A stretch of DNA of 63,872 nucleotides, filler included, from Octopus bimaculoides (taxonomy: Eukaryota): the NCBI RefSeq assembly GCF_001194135.2. It is 4 parts of 4 records of this genome, joined end to end, with 100 filler letters (N's around TTAATTAATTAA, not from the genome) between each part and the next. Parts side by side here need not be neighbours in the genome. Positions count along the whole stretch, not along the records: positions 1 to 28,243 come from NC_068991.1; 3 more parts are not named here. One strand, given 5' to 3'. The position numbers were made by a program, and so were the translations under genes. Below are positions 11,595 to 23,559 of this stretch, piece after piece (position 1 is the first letter of the stretch; every line of letters starts with the position of its first letter). The notes under the pieces are model-generated. The model saw nothing but the letters and a program-made list of their open reading frames with translations. It did not search any database and was not told the origin of the DNA.

Positions 11595-12589
11595 GATCTA
11601 GGTAATGAGATCAACTTGTTGAATTGCAAGTTAGAAAATAGAAGAAAAAAAAGAGTTTTCTAGAAATCAAATATCAGGCACTACAAATTATCAATTCTTT
11701 TGGGTCATTAATTTTAACTTCAAGATGAAGTAGAATCTCATTTGAGTTAAATCTAAATTTTCACTGAATAATTTTTCATTAAGGAGAAAGTGTATTAGTA
11801 AAAAGTGTATAAAAATAGCAAACACAAAAATCAGCTATTATTAATGAATAATTTTAATGTTTTAAATTAGGACAAGAAAACATATTAGTACAAAATGGGC
11901 AGGAGAATTTTACTATTTTCTTTTCTTTATACCTTGAGGGATATTGAAAGAATATTAATAACTTCCCCAGATGTTTTAGTGCTTCTCCAATTCAGCATCA
12001 TTTTAGCAATGTGATTTTCTTCAAAATGAAAGTGAAATTGTACCAATGGCCAAAGATGTTTAGCATTTTTTTTTTGTTTGTTTTCCTTTTATGCTAAAAC
12101 TATCATTCTTGCAACAATGTCAGATTATTACAGGTAAAAATCCAACAACTGTCTACATCCTAAAAATAACCATATCATCTTGAAGATTTTATAAAAATGG
12201 TACTTTTAGATCATTCATCTGCCTTGTTTTGGAAGAGGGTTAGGGATACTTCATTTAATTATTTGTTCTTGATGGTGGTGGAAACTTGTGAAATGTTAAT
12301 AAAATCAAAAAAAAATTCCTCATTTTTCACCTATTGCATTATGTTCAAATAAATATCAAAATATGCTAAATGTTGACAGCCATATTTTAAGAGAATTAAA
12401 TCAATGCAGAGCAGAACTTAACTAGGATATTTGAAGAGAAAGAAATTTCAAGGATGAAAAATAAAACTGAGGTGAATAAGGAATTGAAAACACAAAAAAA
12501 AAAAGGTAACACGCTGGGAAGTATGCACTTTTTCATCACAATTTTGCCACTATTTCCGTGTGGGCCTAATAGGTATGCTTTTCTGTTCT

Positions 12590-12617
12590 TCATGAAGATA
12601 CCAACACATAGATCATA
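12590..12617 (-). CDS. cni: Cornichon terminal coding exon (S)MIYVLVSS*
   Basis: T-tract acag| acceptor; 28 nt, phase 2 start; matches the CNIH1 C-terminus GMIYVLVSS*. Confidence 0.95.
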
Positions 12618-13423
12618 CTGTAAAAAAAAAAAAGAAAACAGGAATTTAAGATTAGTAATCTTTATCAGTCATCAGTTTTTTTTGAGGAAACATAATTACT
12701 ATTCTATATGCACTTTTTTTTTTTTTTTTNNNNNNNNNNTTTTTTTTTTTTTTTGTTTTATGATAGCATAAAAGCTGGGTGAAATTTTAATAGATTCTGT
12801 AATTTATATTCTATAATGACACATTTTTCATAACACTAGTATATTACCTGGGAAACTAACTTTGGTGGTTTCTATTGTCACTAATAATGCATTATATTTG
12901 GTCAAGGCTGTTAACTTTCAGTCAATCCGCACACTGCTCTACATGTAGGTACTTTGAGAGAATACATTTACCTTTCTATGGTGGTGGTGTACATAGATTG
13001 AACAGTTTATGATGTGAAGCCACCTTTTAGCTATTTATGACAAGCTAGGTTATGTTGTGCTAATTCCATAATTAGAATAGACAAGGTCAACATTGTAAAA
13101 ATTGATGAGTGTTGTGTAAGTTCAACTCTTCCAATAGTTATAGATGAACAAGAGACAGAGTTTCATGAGGCTGACTTGCCTTGGATAAAACCTTCAATAT
13201 CATTTCTACGGCCTCTGTCAGAGGGCAGAGGAGGGTCCTTAGCACATGAGGGCAAACACATTTTTGGTAACCCTACTTTAATTAACAGGCTTTATTGGCT
13301 TGAAGAAATTTTGCACCTGGTGGCAACTTCCTTTGTCAACTCTTGCTATACCATTCACAAAAATCCACCTTATTCAAGACCACAGCACAATTCTTAAGAC
13401 CTGAAACTGGAGGTCACAGTTAT

Positions 13424-13651
13424 TTAACTCTTTAGTATTCAGATTAATCTGCCAAATGCAATACTTATGCATTCACATTGATTTGAATTAATCATGCATT
13501 ATCTCATAGCTTTGCGATTTTGATAGTGTGATTATTTATTTTTAGAATTTCATTGTAGGGTAGGTGTGAGAGGGTAGATCCGGCCAGTTTTAACATAAAA
13601 CCAGTAGAATATTTGGACCAGATATGGCCGGTTTAAAAACTAAAGAGTTAA
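13424..13651. mobile_element. piggyBac-type MITE (TTAA ends), about 225 bp
   Basis: ttaactctttagt ... actaaagagttaa inverted termini; same family as 16252-16452 in opposite orientation. Confidence 0.7.
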
Positions 13652-13684
13652 ACTAATCAAACAAGTCCCCTTTTCTATCTCAGT

Positions 13685-14068
13685 CTGTTTCCGGGATATT
13701 TTATATATTCCTTCATCAGAAACATGTTTCAGTAACAGTTATTATAGAGAAGATATGAAATACAGAGTGAAGTGGAGGAATGAAAACAGACATGAGATAC
13801 ATAAGGATATTGTATTTGCAGTTCCATTATTTAAGCAGAATGGTGTATATATAAGTTTCCTGAACTCACACACAAAGTACAGGAAACTTATATATACACC
13901 ATTCTGCTTAAATAATGGAACTGCAAAAACAATATCCTTAAGTATCTTCCGTCTGTTTTCATTCCTCCACTTCACTCTGTATTTCATATCTTCTCTATAA
14001 TAACTATTGCTTAAACATTTTCTTGCACCATCTCTGAAGAAGGAATATATAAAATATCCCGGAAACAG
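13685..14068. repeat. Long near-perfect inverted repeat (foldback)
   Basis: Arm 13685-13862 is the reverse complement of 13880-14068, with a 17-nt spacer and one indel of about 11 nt. Confidence 0.95.
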
Positions 14069-14319
14069 CTGTAAGACCTCTTTATAAATGTTCTGAAAAC
14101 TATTCACAACCTTGGATTTTTTATCTCATTCTGTTAATTTTTATATATATATGCTTGCTAATACACGATCTACTTTGGATTCCTCATTCGTATCATTATT
14201 GAACCTGGAGCTTAACTATAGTCTGTCCATAGCACTTACTCAACATTACCTGGGTTTTCTTGACACCAATACCTCTCATATATATATATATATATATTCT
14301 ATCTTTTACATCATTCAGT

Positions 14320-14672
14320 CATTAGACTATGGCCATGCTGAGGCACCGCCTTGAAGAGTTTTCAGTCCAATGAATCAACCCTAGTACTTATTTTATTTTA
14401 AATCTGGTACTTATCCTATTGGATTTCTTTTTGCTGAACTGCTAAGTTATAGGGATATAAACACACCAACACTAGTTGGTAAGAAGTGGTAGGGGACAAA
14501 CAGACACAAACACACACATATATGATGGGCTTCTTTTAGTTTCCGTCTACCAAATCCACTTATAAAGCTTTGGTCAGCCTGAGGCTATACTAGGAGAAAC
14601 TTATTCACGGTGCCACTCAGTGGGACTGAACCCGGAACCATGTGGTTAGGAAGCAAGCTTCTTACCCCACAG
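14320..14672 (-). mobile_element. Full-length SINE family A
   Basis: ttcagtcattagactatggccatgctg..ttccgtctaccaaatccac..gggactgaacccggaaccatgtggttaggaagc. Confidence 0.85.
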
Positions 14673-14819
14673 CTGTGCTGTATATATATCATGCATGAAA
14701 AATATTTCTAATATTGGTACAAATATGGTCATATGGGAAAGTGGATTAAATCAGCTCTGGTACTTAACTAACTTTATTTAATCCACTCCCAGAAAGATGA
14801 CCAGTAAAGCTGGAATTAC

Positions 14820-15240
14820 AACATTCAACATCCATTTTCCTTGCTGGCATGGGTTAGACGGCTAGTTGGGAACTTGCAAGGCCAGGTGCTGCACCACGTC
14901 CCATAGTCTGTTTAGGCTTGGTTTCTTTGGCTGGATGCTCTTCCTAACACCAACCACTCCACAGAGCATACTGGGTGCTTTTTATGTGGCACCATCACCA
15001 GTGCCTTTTAAGTAGCACCGGCACCCACACCAATGCTTTTTACATGGCACCTTAGTTTTAGGATCTCAATTCTGTTGTGGTGGATGGGTTTTCTCGAGTA
15101 CAGCAATGCACCACATATCTCAGTCCTCTCTCATCTCCTTCATAAGGTTCAGTGTTTTGAGATCAGCCTTCAATATTTCATCCCATGTCTTCCTGGGTCT
15201 CCCTCTTCCACAACTTCCTTTCACTCTAAGTGATCAGCAC
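14820..15240 (-). mobile_element. RTE-type 3' fragment
   Basis: catccattttccttgctggcatgggttagacgg..ggatgctcttcctaacaccaacc..cttcctgggtctccctcttcc. Confidence 0.7.
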
Positions 15241-15364
15241 TTACATAAAAAAAGAAAATGTAAATAAATACTGAGAGATGTTTTTTTCTGATGTTCTAGC
15301 AATTGTACCAAAGTTTGAAAAATATTAGTAAGTTTTGCATGCTTTTGTTTTGTTGTTTTTTTAC

Positions 15365-15511
15365 CTGTATAAATAATAAAAAAATGACAGCAAGTAGAAG
15401 GCCATTTTAACCCATCCTTCTTTCATGGCACGAGATAGTTCATCAGCATTCATGATTGTTGTTGGATCATATAACCCATGTCCAGTCATGTATGATGGAC
15501 GGGTCAAATAT
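15365..15511 (-). CDS. cni: Cornichon exon (R)YLTRPSYMTGHGLYDPTTIMNADELSRAMKEGWVKMAFYLLSFFYYLY(S)
   Basis: ttttttcttccag| acceptor, CAG|gtaaaa donor; 147 nt, phase 2-2; GLYDPTTIMNAD and KEGW.K.AFYLL.FFYYLY are cornichon hallmarks. Confidence 0.97.
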
Positions 15512-16251
15512 CTGGAAGAAAAAATAGATAAATGAAATAAAATTTTTTAAAAAATGAATCACGAGACTGGTTGTGGTTGGAATCTATTTAACCATAAGTT
15601 TGCTTGATAAATCCTAAACAACAATTTCTTCCCATAATAAATCTGTGCAACATTCTTCTAAAACTTTCACTTCCCTAACATACAATTCAGAGTTCTTTGC
15701 CAATAGTTGTGAGCATATTCATCTTTTGGTCTTTTACATAACCTTACTCTTCAAATGTTTGAAATTTAAGCTGTTATTTGACATATTCCACATTAAACCT
15801 TTGAGCCCAAGAGTACGATTGAGTGGGTGCAATTTCATTTGATAATAATTCTTGGAAGATGCAAAAACAGGTGGTCACATGGTTTTGTGCTTTTCTGGTT
15901 GAAAATAATGTTTCTGTCAATTAACAAGCAGTAAACACAAAACTATGTGGCTGCCCTCTTTTGCATCTTCCATGAGTACAGCCAAATGAAATTACACCTT
16001 CTGAAGTATACTCATGGGTTCAAAGGGTTAGGAATTACGATGCTGGCATACAAAAGTTTTAAAAAGTACCCAAACTTTTGTTTGATTGATTTTAAGGATT
16101 ATGGTCAATAAATCAGAAATGAGAATGAAGTCTTTTGTCTCAATTCTTGACTGAATTGATTGCAGATTCCAGCTTTCAACAACTTCATAAATGGTCTAAA
16201 CTGCTCTCAGGATCATTCATATATACCTAACTTTGTCAATACCTTCAAGGC

Positions 16252-16452
16252 TTAACACTCTAGCATTCAAATCAGCCATTTCTGGCCTCAATATTTTACC
16301 TGTTTTATGTTCAGATGTAGTCTCTCACACCTATCCTACAATGTCCTTCTAATAATAAACAGTCTCAAAGCTACAAGACAATACTTGATTAATTCAAAAC
16401 AATAAGAATAAGCATTACTTTTGGCAGAATAATCTGAATGCTAAAGGGTTAA
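16252..16452. mobile_element. piggyBac-type MITE (TTAA ends), about 200 bp
   Basis: ttaacactctagcattca ... tgaatgctaaagggttaa inverted termini. Confidence 0.7.
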
Positions 16453-16659
16453 AAGTGTCTCTTAGATCAACTATAAGACAAAGATGTCTACTCAAAGTTA
16501 AAAACTAATTAGCAACACCTGTAGTTTCCTCTTCAACAGGACACTGTTCTTGAATGCATCTTATTCAAACTAACTCTTGTTTTGCACCAGCTTTACTATC
16601 ATTCATCATTAACTTTATAACTTGAAGTCCTCACAAATCCCACTCCCTTTCAACGCATC

Positions 16660-16790
16660 TTTTGTGGCTGTATGGTAAGAAACTTGTTTCCCAACCATAT
16701 GGTTCCAGGTGAGTGTCTTCTATTATAGCCTTGGGCCGACCAAAGCACTGTGAGTGGATTTGGTAGATGGAAACTGAAAAAGAAGCCTGT

Positions 16791-16800
<10 letters not shown>
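16660..16800 (+). mobile_element. SINE family A, internally deleted
   Basis: gtggctgtatggtaagaaacttgtttcccaaccatatggttccagg..gggccgaccaaagcactgtgagtggatttggtagatggaaactgaa. Confidence 0.8.
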
Positions 16801-16829
<29 letters not shown>

Positions 16830-16832
<3 letters not shown>

Positions 16833-17322
16833 AGTCATCCCATAAATAATGTGGGTTTTTTTCAATTGCATGAGCTAAAAGTTGGAGGGGACAGGATAGA
16901 CTACCTGCATCAACTTACTATAAAAGCAGGTAGTAATTTTACTTTGTCCTTATTCTTAGTGCAAGTTTTGAAGAGTGCAGTTCGATTTTAACAGTTATTT
17001 TTTCAAAGCTATAATGGAAGAGATAAAGGAGCATATTCGGCATATTTTGCTTCATGAGTTCAATAAAGGCAACAACGCAATGGAAAGTGTGAGAAATATT
17101 AATGCAGTATACAGGGATCAGACAATAAGCATAAACCAGTATCAACAGTGGTTCTAGAAATTCCAAGCTGGAAACTACAGCCTAGAAGACAAGCCTCGTC
17201 TTGGAAGATCTGTAGAGCTTGACGAGGATGTTCTGCAAACACTGGTGGAACAAAATCTCATCGTCCCTGTTGAGGAACTAGCAGAGGAGCTAGGATTAGG
17301 CCACTCAACCATTCATTGACAC
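16830..17322 (+). mobile_element. Mariner transposon 5' fragment (transposase HTH region with stops)
   Basis: MEEIKEHIRHILLHEFNKGNNAMESVRNINAVY..QWF*KFQAGNYSLEDKPRLGRSVELDEDVLQTLVEQN..VEELAEELG. Confidence 0.85.
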
Positions 17323-17329
17323 CACCGCT

Positions 17330-17458
17330 AGAAGAAAAATGACCATCAATGTGAAATAAAGTGTCTTGCTCAAGGACACAACACGTTGCCAGGAATTGAA
17401 CTCATAACCTTACGATTCTGAGCCGAATGCCCTAACCACTAAGCCATGCACCATCACT
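17330..17458 (-). mobile_element. SINE family E head
   Basis: gtgtcttgctcaaggacacaac..ggaattgaactcataacc..gagccgaatgccctaaccactaagccatgc (reverse tRNA-like A/B boxes). Confidence 0.75.
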
Positions 17459-18004
17459 ATGTAAAGCCTGAATTATAACAGATAAAAAAACTGTGATAAT
17501 AATGCCTTTCCCAAGATCCATAATAGTTAAAAGTCAAACAATTAACACTAGATATTAAAATGGGGATGTGTACCAGTTTCCATTTACCTTACTTTCTCAA
17601 TTCAATAGGACTGATTATTTGTAATTAGTTGTCTCATCATCATCATTTAACATCCGTCTTCCAGGCTGGCGTGAGTTGGACAGTTTGACAGGATCCAATG
17701 TATCAGAGGATTGCATTAACCTCCAGTGTCTATTTCAGCATGGTTTCTAACCCTAACCCTAACCCTTCTTAACATAATGTTCATTTCCAGTTTTCCATGG
17801 AAAATATGTCTGGACAAGGGTAAATATTATGTTGCTTGGAAACAGGTGAGAGTTAGTCAAAGAAAGCACATCCTGCCATAGAAAACCTGCTTCAACAAAT
17901 ATTGTCTGATCTATGCAATCGTGGAAAAGGGATTGTAAAAAGAGTGATGATGAAAGCAATATTAAAACTCAAAATTAACCAGAAACCTCTGATATCAGTT
18001 ATTC

Positions 18005-18210
18005 TTTTTTTACTTGTTTCAGTCATTTGACTGCAGCCATGCTAGAGCACCATCTTAAGGGGTTTTAGTCAAACAAATTGACCCCAGGACTTATTCTTTG
18101 TAAACTTAGTACTTATTCTATTGGTTTCTTTTGCCAAACTGCTAAGTTACAGGGACGTAAATACACCAACATCTGTTGTCAAGCAATGGTGGGATAGGGA
18201 CAAACATAGA
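18005..18210 (-). mobile_element. SINE family A, 3' half; the 5' half resumes at 18941-19072
   Basis: gtttcagtcatttgactgcagccatgctagagcac..gggacaaacataga, interrupted by a PLE fragment. Confidence 0.8.
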
Positions 18211-18935
18211 AATATATATTGCCCTCTGCTCTCCAACCCCATGCCTAACTACCAACAGATTGTATCCTCCACCATTCACGACCTCATTTCCTGCTCTCGT
18301 CTTCCTCCCACTGCCTCCAACTTCATTGTCTGTACCACACGCACTGCCATTACTTACTTCCTTCCCAAAATCCACAAGCCTGACAACCCTGGCCTCCCCA
18401 TCGTCTCCACCTGCAACTACCCACCGAAATGATCTCCAGATACCATGACCATATCCTTGCTCTTCTAGTGATTCCCTCCCCTCACACATTCATGATCACT
18501 CATGCTTTCTGTCTGTTTAATTCTTTCTCCTTTCCTTCTGGTCCTCTCAACATTAAACCTTTGCATACGGTGATCCCACACAACAAAGGCCTTCTTGTGC
18601 TTAAACACTTCCTTGGCCTTTGGCCAGACCCTCAGCCTAATACCTCCATACTTTGTTTGGCTGAACTTGTTCTCTTCCTCAACTGCCTCTTGTTTGTAGG
18701 AGAGTTTTACCAACACTTCACAGGAGTGACCATGGGAATGAGAATGGGCCCCAACTATGCGAACCTGTTTGTTGGTTATGTTGAGACCCAAATATTCTCA
18801 CAATTCACTGATCCAACTCCCAAGCTATACGGTCATTATATTGTTGGCTGTATCGGCACGACTTCACTCTCCCATCCTCCCCTCAGATTCTCCTGCACTA
18901 TCTCTTAACTTTTCCGTCAAATTTCTCAACAATTT
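18211..18935 (+). mobile_element. Penelope-like element RT fragment, degenerate
   Basis: YFLPKIHKPDNPGLPIVSTCN and GVTMGMRMGPNYANLFVGYVETQIF..PKLYGHYI in shifted frames. Confidence 0.85.
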
Positions 18936-18940
18936 TCTTC

Positions 18941-19072
18941 TACCAAATCCACTCACAAGGCTTTGGTTAGCCTGAGGTTATAGTAGAAGATACTTGCCCA
19001 AGGTGCCACACAGTGGGACTGAACCCAATACCATGTGGTTAGGAAGCAAGCTTCTTACCACACAGCCACACC
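18941..19072 (-). mobile_element. SINE family A, 5' half
   Basis: taccaaatccactcacaaggctttgg..gggactgaacccaataccatgtggttaggaagcaagcttcttaccacacagccacacc. Confidence 0.85.
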
Positions 19073-19175
19073 TTGGTCATAATACAGTTAATAGTTACTT
19101 TTTTATATTGTCATGCTTTTATTAAAGATCAGCTCAAATGTGAACCAAATTAGATTAGTGTCAATTGGTACTTAC

Positions 19176-19288
19176 CTGCGTACATGATATGCAATGAGTG
19201 GCATATTTAGAATCAAAGACAACCATTCTCCAGCAAATAAAAACAACAGGTTAAATATTATATGCAAGAGGTATTCAGGAAGAACCAA
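19176..19288 (-). CDS. cni: Cornichon exon LVLPEYLLHIIFNLLFLFAGEWLSLILNMPLIAYHVR(R)
   Basis: cacttttacag| acceptor, CAG|gtaagt donor; 113 nt, phase 0-2; LVLPEY..EW..L.LNMPL.AYH motif. Confidence 0.97.
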
Positions 19289-20144
19289 CTGTAAAAGTGA
19301 AACAAAAATATGATTATTGTAAATCATGTAAATTTGGTTCCTTGATATGGTTGACATTTCTTGCATATTTCATTACAAAATATATTTTTAAAAACCCTGC
19401 TTTTTACCTGCTAACAATAGATTTGATGCCTCATGTCTATGTCACTACCACTATCACTGTCATCATTATTACCATCAAGTTTGCATCAGTTTTTCCCATG
19501 CTACCATAGATTGGGTGAGTCTTTTTGAAGCACTATTCTATAGCTTGATGCTACCCTTCCTGATGACAACCATTATTTGCTTTTCAAGTAACATGTTTTA
19601 TTTCTGATCTTTGCATCAAATTGCTGCCAGTCATTTGTCTTTGGGAGATAGAAACATCATCACTGCAGAAATAGTGTCAACTAAAGACAAGCAGAGTCCC
19701 GACCCATCACACACACACACAAATATGCATAGAGGAAAGGTATCCAGCTATAGAAACTATTTCAAAACAGACACTGGAGCAAAATGGAGGAATCTGACAC
19801 ATCAGATCCTGTGGAACCACCAACCCTATGTCAGCATGGAAAGCAGACATAGAATGATGATGTACACACACACACACACACACATGGGCTTCTGTACAGT
19901 TTCAACCAACAAAATTTGACTCACAAGACATTGGTCAACCCAAGACTACAGCAGAAAAAACAATGGGGTCGGAGTGAAGAGAAGAGAGAGGTGAAACCCA
20001 AATTACATAGATAACCACACCTGCTACCACACCTACTAAAGGTTGGCAGTCTAAAATTTCTGCAAGCTTGACACTTTAATTAGTCCATTATGCAAATGAA
20101 GCAAGCTACAATTCAAAACTAACCAAAATTTAAAAGATACTTAC

Positions 20145-20213
20145 TGGATTCAAACTGTTGCATTGGTCTATAGGATTTTTATACTCTGTTTTCAATTCAT
20201 CAAATGCTATGAT
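20145..20213 (-). CDS. cni: Cornichon exon IIAFDELKTEYKNPIDQCNSLNP
   Basis: ttattttgttacag| acceptor, CCA|gtaagt donor; 69 nt, phase 0-0; near-invariant cornichon motif. Confidence 0.97.
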
Positions 20214-20386
20214 CTGTAACAAAATAAGGAAAACTAAATATGTAATATGTGTGTGTATTAAGAGAGAACTTTTTCTCTATGGTAACTGCAGTGAATTTGC
20301 CTTTAGAAGTTGAAATATATCACAAACATATTTTAACTAACAAAGTTTGCTTATACCTAAACACTGTTTGGTGCTAACACTGCATA

Positions 20387-20602
20387 TACAAGGGTGTGCT
20401 GAAAAGATCCTTGTTTAGGGTAAAAAAAAATATAGGAGAATCAGTTAATTATGATTTTATTCAATATACTCCCCATTCAGATTCACACATCTATTGCAGC
20501 AATTCTTGAGTTTTTCTAAGTCCTGTAAAAGAACTCAGGATGTTGGGCCTCCAGTCAGGCCAGTCATGATACCCTTAAAGCCAGGAACTTTTCAGCACCC
20601 CA
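20387..20602. mobile_element. Tc1/mariner-type MITE, about 215 bp
   Basis: gggtgtgctgaaaagatccttgttt ... aaagccaggaacttttcagcacccc imperfect inverted termini. Confidence 0.6.
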
Positions 20603-20839
20603 TTTCTTGTTGTCAAATCTTCCTTAACCATTTTGCAGGCACAATGACATGCTGGTCACCAACAGTACACAGGTAGACCAACATTTTGGTAGTTTTTTGT
20701 CATAACATAATGTCATTCTCCAATTGGTTGATCATTGAATATTGAATGCTAACATGTCGAAGCACCACTCAAACCTCCACCATCACCAGATGCATTCCTG
20801 TGGAATTCCCATGATTTGCATGTCACTATAACATATATT

Positions 20840-22212
20840 TTATCTGTTTCAGTCTGCAACCATGCTGGGGCACTGTTGTTCAAAAATTTATAGTTGAGTG
20901 AATCAACTCCAGCACTTATTCATTTTAAGTTTGATTCTTATTCTATCATTCTCTTTTGTCAAACTGCTAAGTTACAAGGACATAAACACACCAACACCAG
21001 TTGTCAAGCAGTGGGTGGGTGGGGACAAACATAGATACAAAGACACACATACACGCACATATATATTTACAACTGGGTTAATTCAGTTTCCATCTACTAA
21101 ATCTACTCATAAGGCTTTGGTTGGCCCAAGGATATAGTAGAAGACACTTGCTCAAAGTGCCATACAGTAGGACTGAACCCAGAACCATGTGGTAGGGAAG
21201 CAAGCTTCTTACCACACAGCCATGCCTGTACTTACTTATGTGTGTGTATGTATGTATGTATGTGATGGGCTTCTTTCAGTTTCCATCTACAAAATCTACT
21301 CACAAGGCTTTGGTCGGCCAATAGAGATAGCAGATGATACTTAGCCAAGATGCTGTGCAGCAAGATTGAATCTGGAACCATATGGTTGGGAAGCAAGCTT
21401 CTTACCACCTATGTTTTTAGAATTGGATATCTATAGATTTAAATGCTCAAAAACAGCATGGTAGCACCAAATAGCGTATATTGTTCTGGTTGCGGAAGGC
21501 ATCCTCCAAGCTCATTCTACACTTTTTCCATGTCTCAGATAGTCAGTTGGAGCCAATATGTGACTTACAAGATTAGGATTCAATCTACAAGTTGGATCAT
21601 AATCTTGTGTTCTACAAGGCATTTTATTATGACATACAATAACTGAGCAAACTATCCCATTTGCTTCTATGTATGATTAAGACTTGTCTAAAGATACGAT
21701 ATTTTTATCTTTCGTCTTTTACTGGTTTGACATTAGACTGCAGCTATGCTGGGACACCATTTACAGGGTTTAGTCAAACAAATTGACCCCAGTACTAATT
21801 CTTTTATCATTTTGGTACTTATTCTATCAGTCTCTTTTTACTGAACTGCTAAGTTATGAAGACACAAACAAACCAAAACCGGTTGTCAAGCAGTGTGGGG
21901 AAGGAAATGGGGAGGGAGTAAACACAAAGACACACAATCGACTTCTTTCAGTTTCCATCTACCAACGGTGGGGTACAAGCACAAAAACAAATACACACAC
22001 ACATATAATTGACTTAATCTGTTTGTCTGTCTTTGTTTGTCCCCTCTGTGTGTAGCCCCTTGTGGGTAGTAAAGAAATAACACACACACACACAACAAAT
22101 CCACTCACAAGGCTATACTGGAAGACACTTGTCCAAGGTGCTTGCTACACAGTGAGACAGAACCATGAACCATGTGGTTGGGAAGCAAGCTTCTTACTAC
22201 ACAGCCATGCCT
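20840..22212 (-). mobile_element. Cluster of co-oriented SINE family A copies (about 20840-21230, 21265-21410, 21712-22212)
   Basis: Repeated ttctttcagtttccatctac..aaggctttgg..gggaagcaagcttcttacc blocks. Confidence 0.8.
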
Positions 22213-23559
22213 ATGCCACCAAATTATTTGCCCACATCACAAGGATTTAAAAAATTATTTGCCTCTGAAAAGGTTAAACTAAACCCTACCATATTAAAAA
22301 AAAAAAAACACATTGGATAAATATAGTCCTTGATACATTGTGTGAACAGCTTTGATCATAGGTTTGCTGACTATAGACTAACTGGGATTAGCAACAACAG
22401 CCAAGCAACTACTATACTCTTAACACCTGTCCAAATTAGTACCAGTTAGTTTCTCAGTAACAAACACTAACACTAGCAGAGAATCAATAAATCTCAACAA
22501 GATATAGATGAAAGCAAAACATTCTTTATTAAGACTTGGATAAAGAAAGCAATGATAATTAGAATTAAAAAAGGGAAGGATAAAAGAGAATAGTCAAGAT
22601 GACAGCATTGATAAGCGGAAGAGATTAAGAAATAAAGAGGTGAGTTACTGCAAAATTAAATAACTAAAGCATAAAGTTAGACTAAAAATAGCATGTCAAT
22701 AATTTTCTTAATTAAGTAGGATTAAGTTTAACTCAATGAAACTCTGTGTGTTGTGTGCACTCTGATAAGTGTATGTGTGGAGTGCACGTATGTGCACTCT
22801 ACCATGTGGATGATGTGTTTGGACTGTATGTGAGTGTTAAGAAAGGTAAAAAAGCTGTCAAAGTATATAAGATTTTTAAAGAAACATTGTCTTCTACTAT
22901 TACTAGTAATAGTAGTGGTGGTGGTGGTGGTAATTATAGTAGTAGTAGTAGGAGGAGGAGGAGGAGGAGGGCAGCGAGCTGGCAGAAAACCATTACAGTG
23001 TAGGACAAAAATGCAATGCAGCATTCGTTCTGGTTTCAAATTCCAGCAAGGTTAACTTTGCCTTTCAGCATTCCAGAGTTGATAAAATCAATGCCATTTA
23101 AGCACTGGGGGTGAAGTAATCAACTAACCCCATTACCCCACCTCCAAAAAAATGCTGTGGTAAAAGAGGCTGTGTGGTGAACTTGTCGGAAAGGTTTAAA
23201 GACAGGCACTTTCCTATCTAGCATGGGCTGCCTCCAAACCATCAGGTCTGCATGCTTCAACACTTTACCATCGCTGCAGGACTTCCGAATGAATGAATGA
23301 ATGCCATCATCATTGTTGTTGTAATATCCAATTTTCCATGTTTGCATGGATCAGACAGAATTCACTGAGGCAGATTTTCTAAATCCAGATCCACTTCTTG
23401 TCACCAATCCTCACCTGTTTCCAAGAAAGGTAATATTTTCCCATGGCCAGATGCATTTTCATAGAAGACCGAAAATGAAGGACACTGCTTGTATGATGGA
23501 GAAAACTCATTTACAACTATCACATGATATCAAGCCAAGGAGAAAATAACACACACATC

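Noticed and set aside
13742-14107. Mirror ORFs on both strands (MKYRVKWRNENR...)
   Set aside because: A by-product of the palindrome; no splice or homology support
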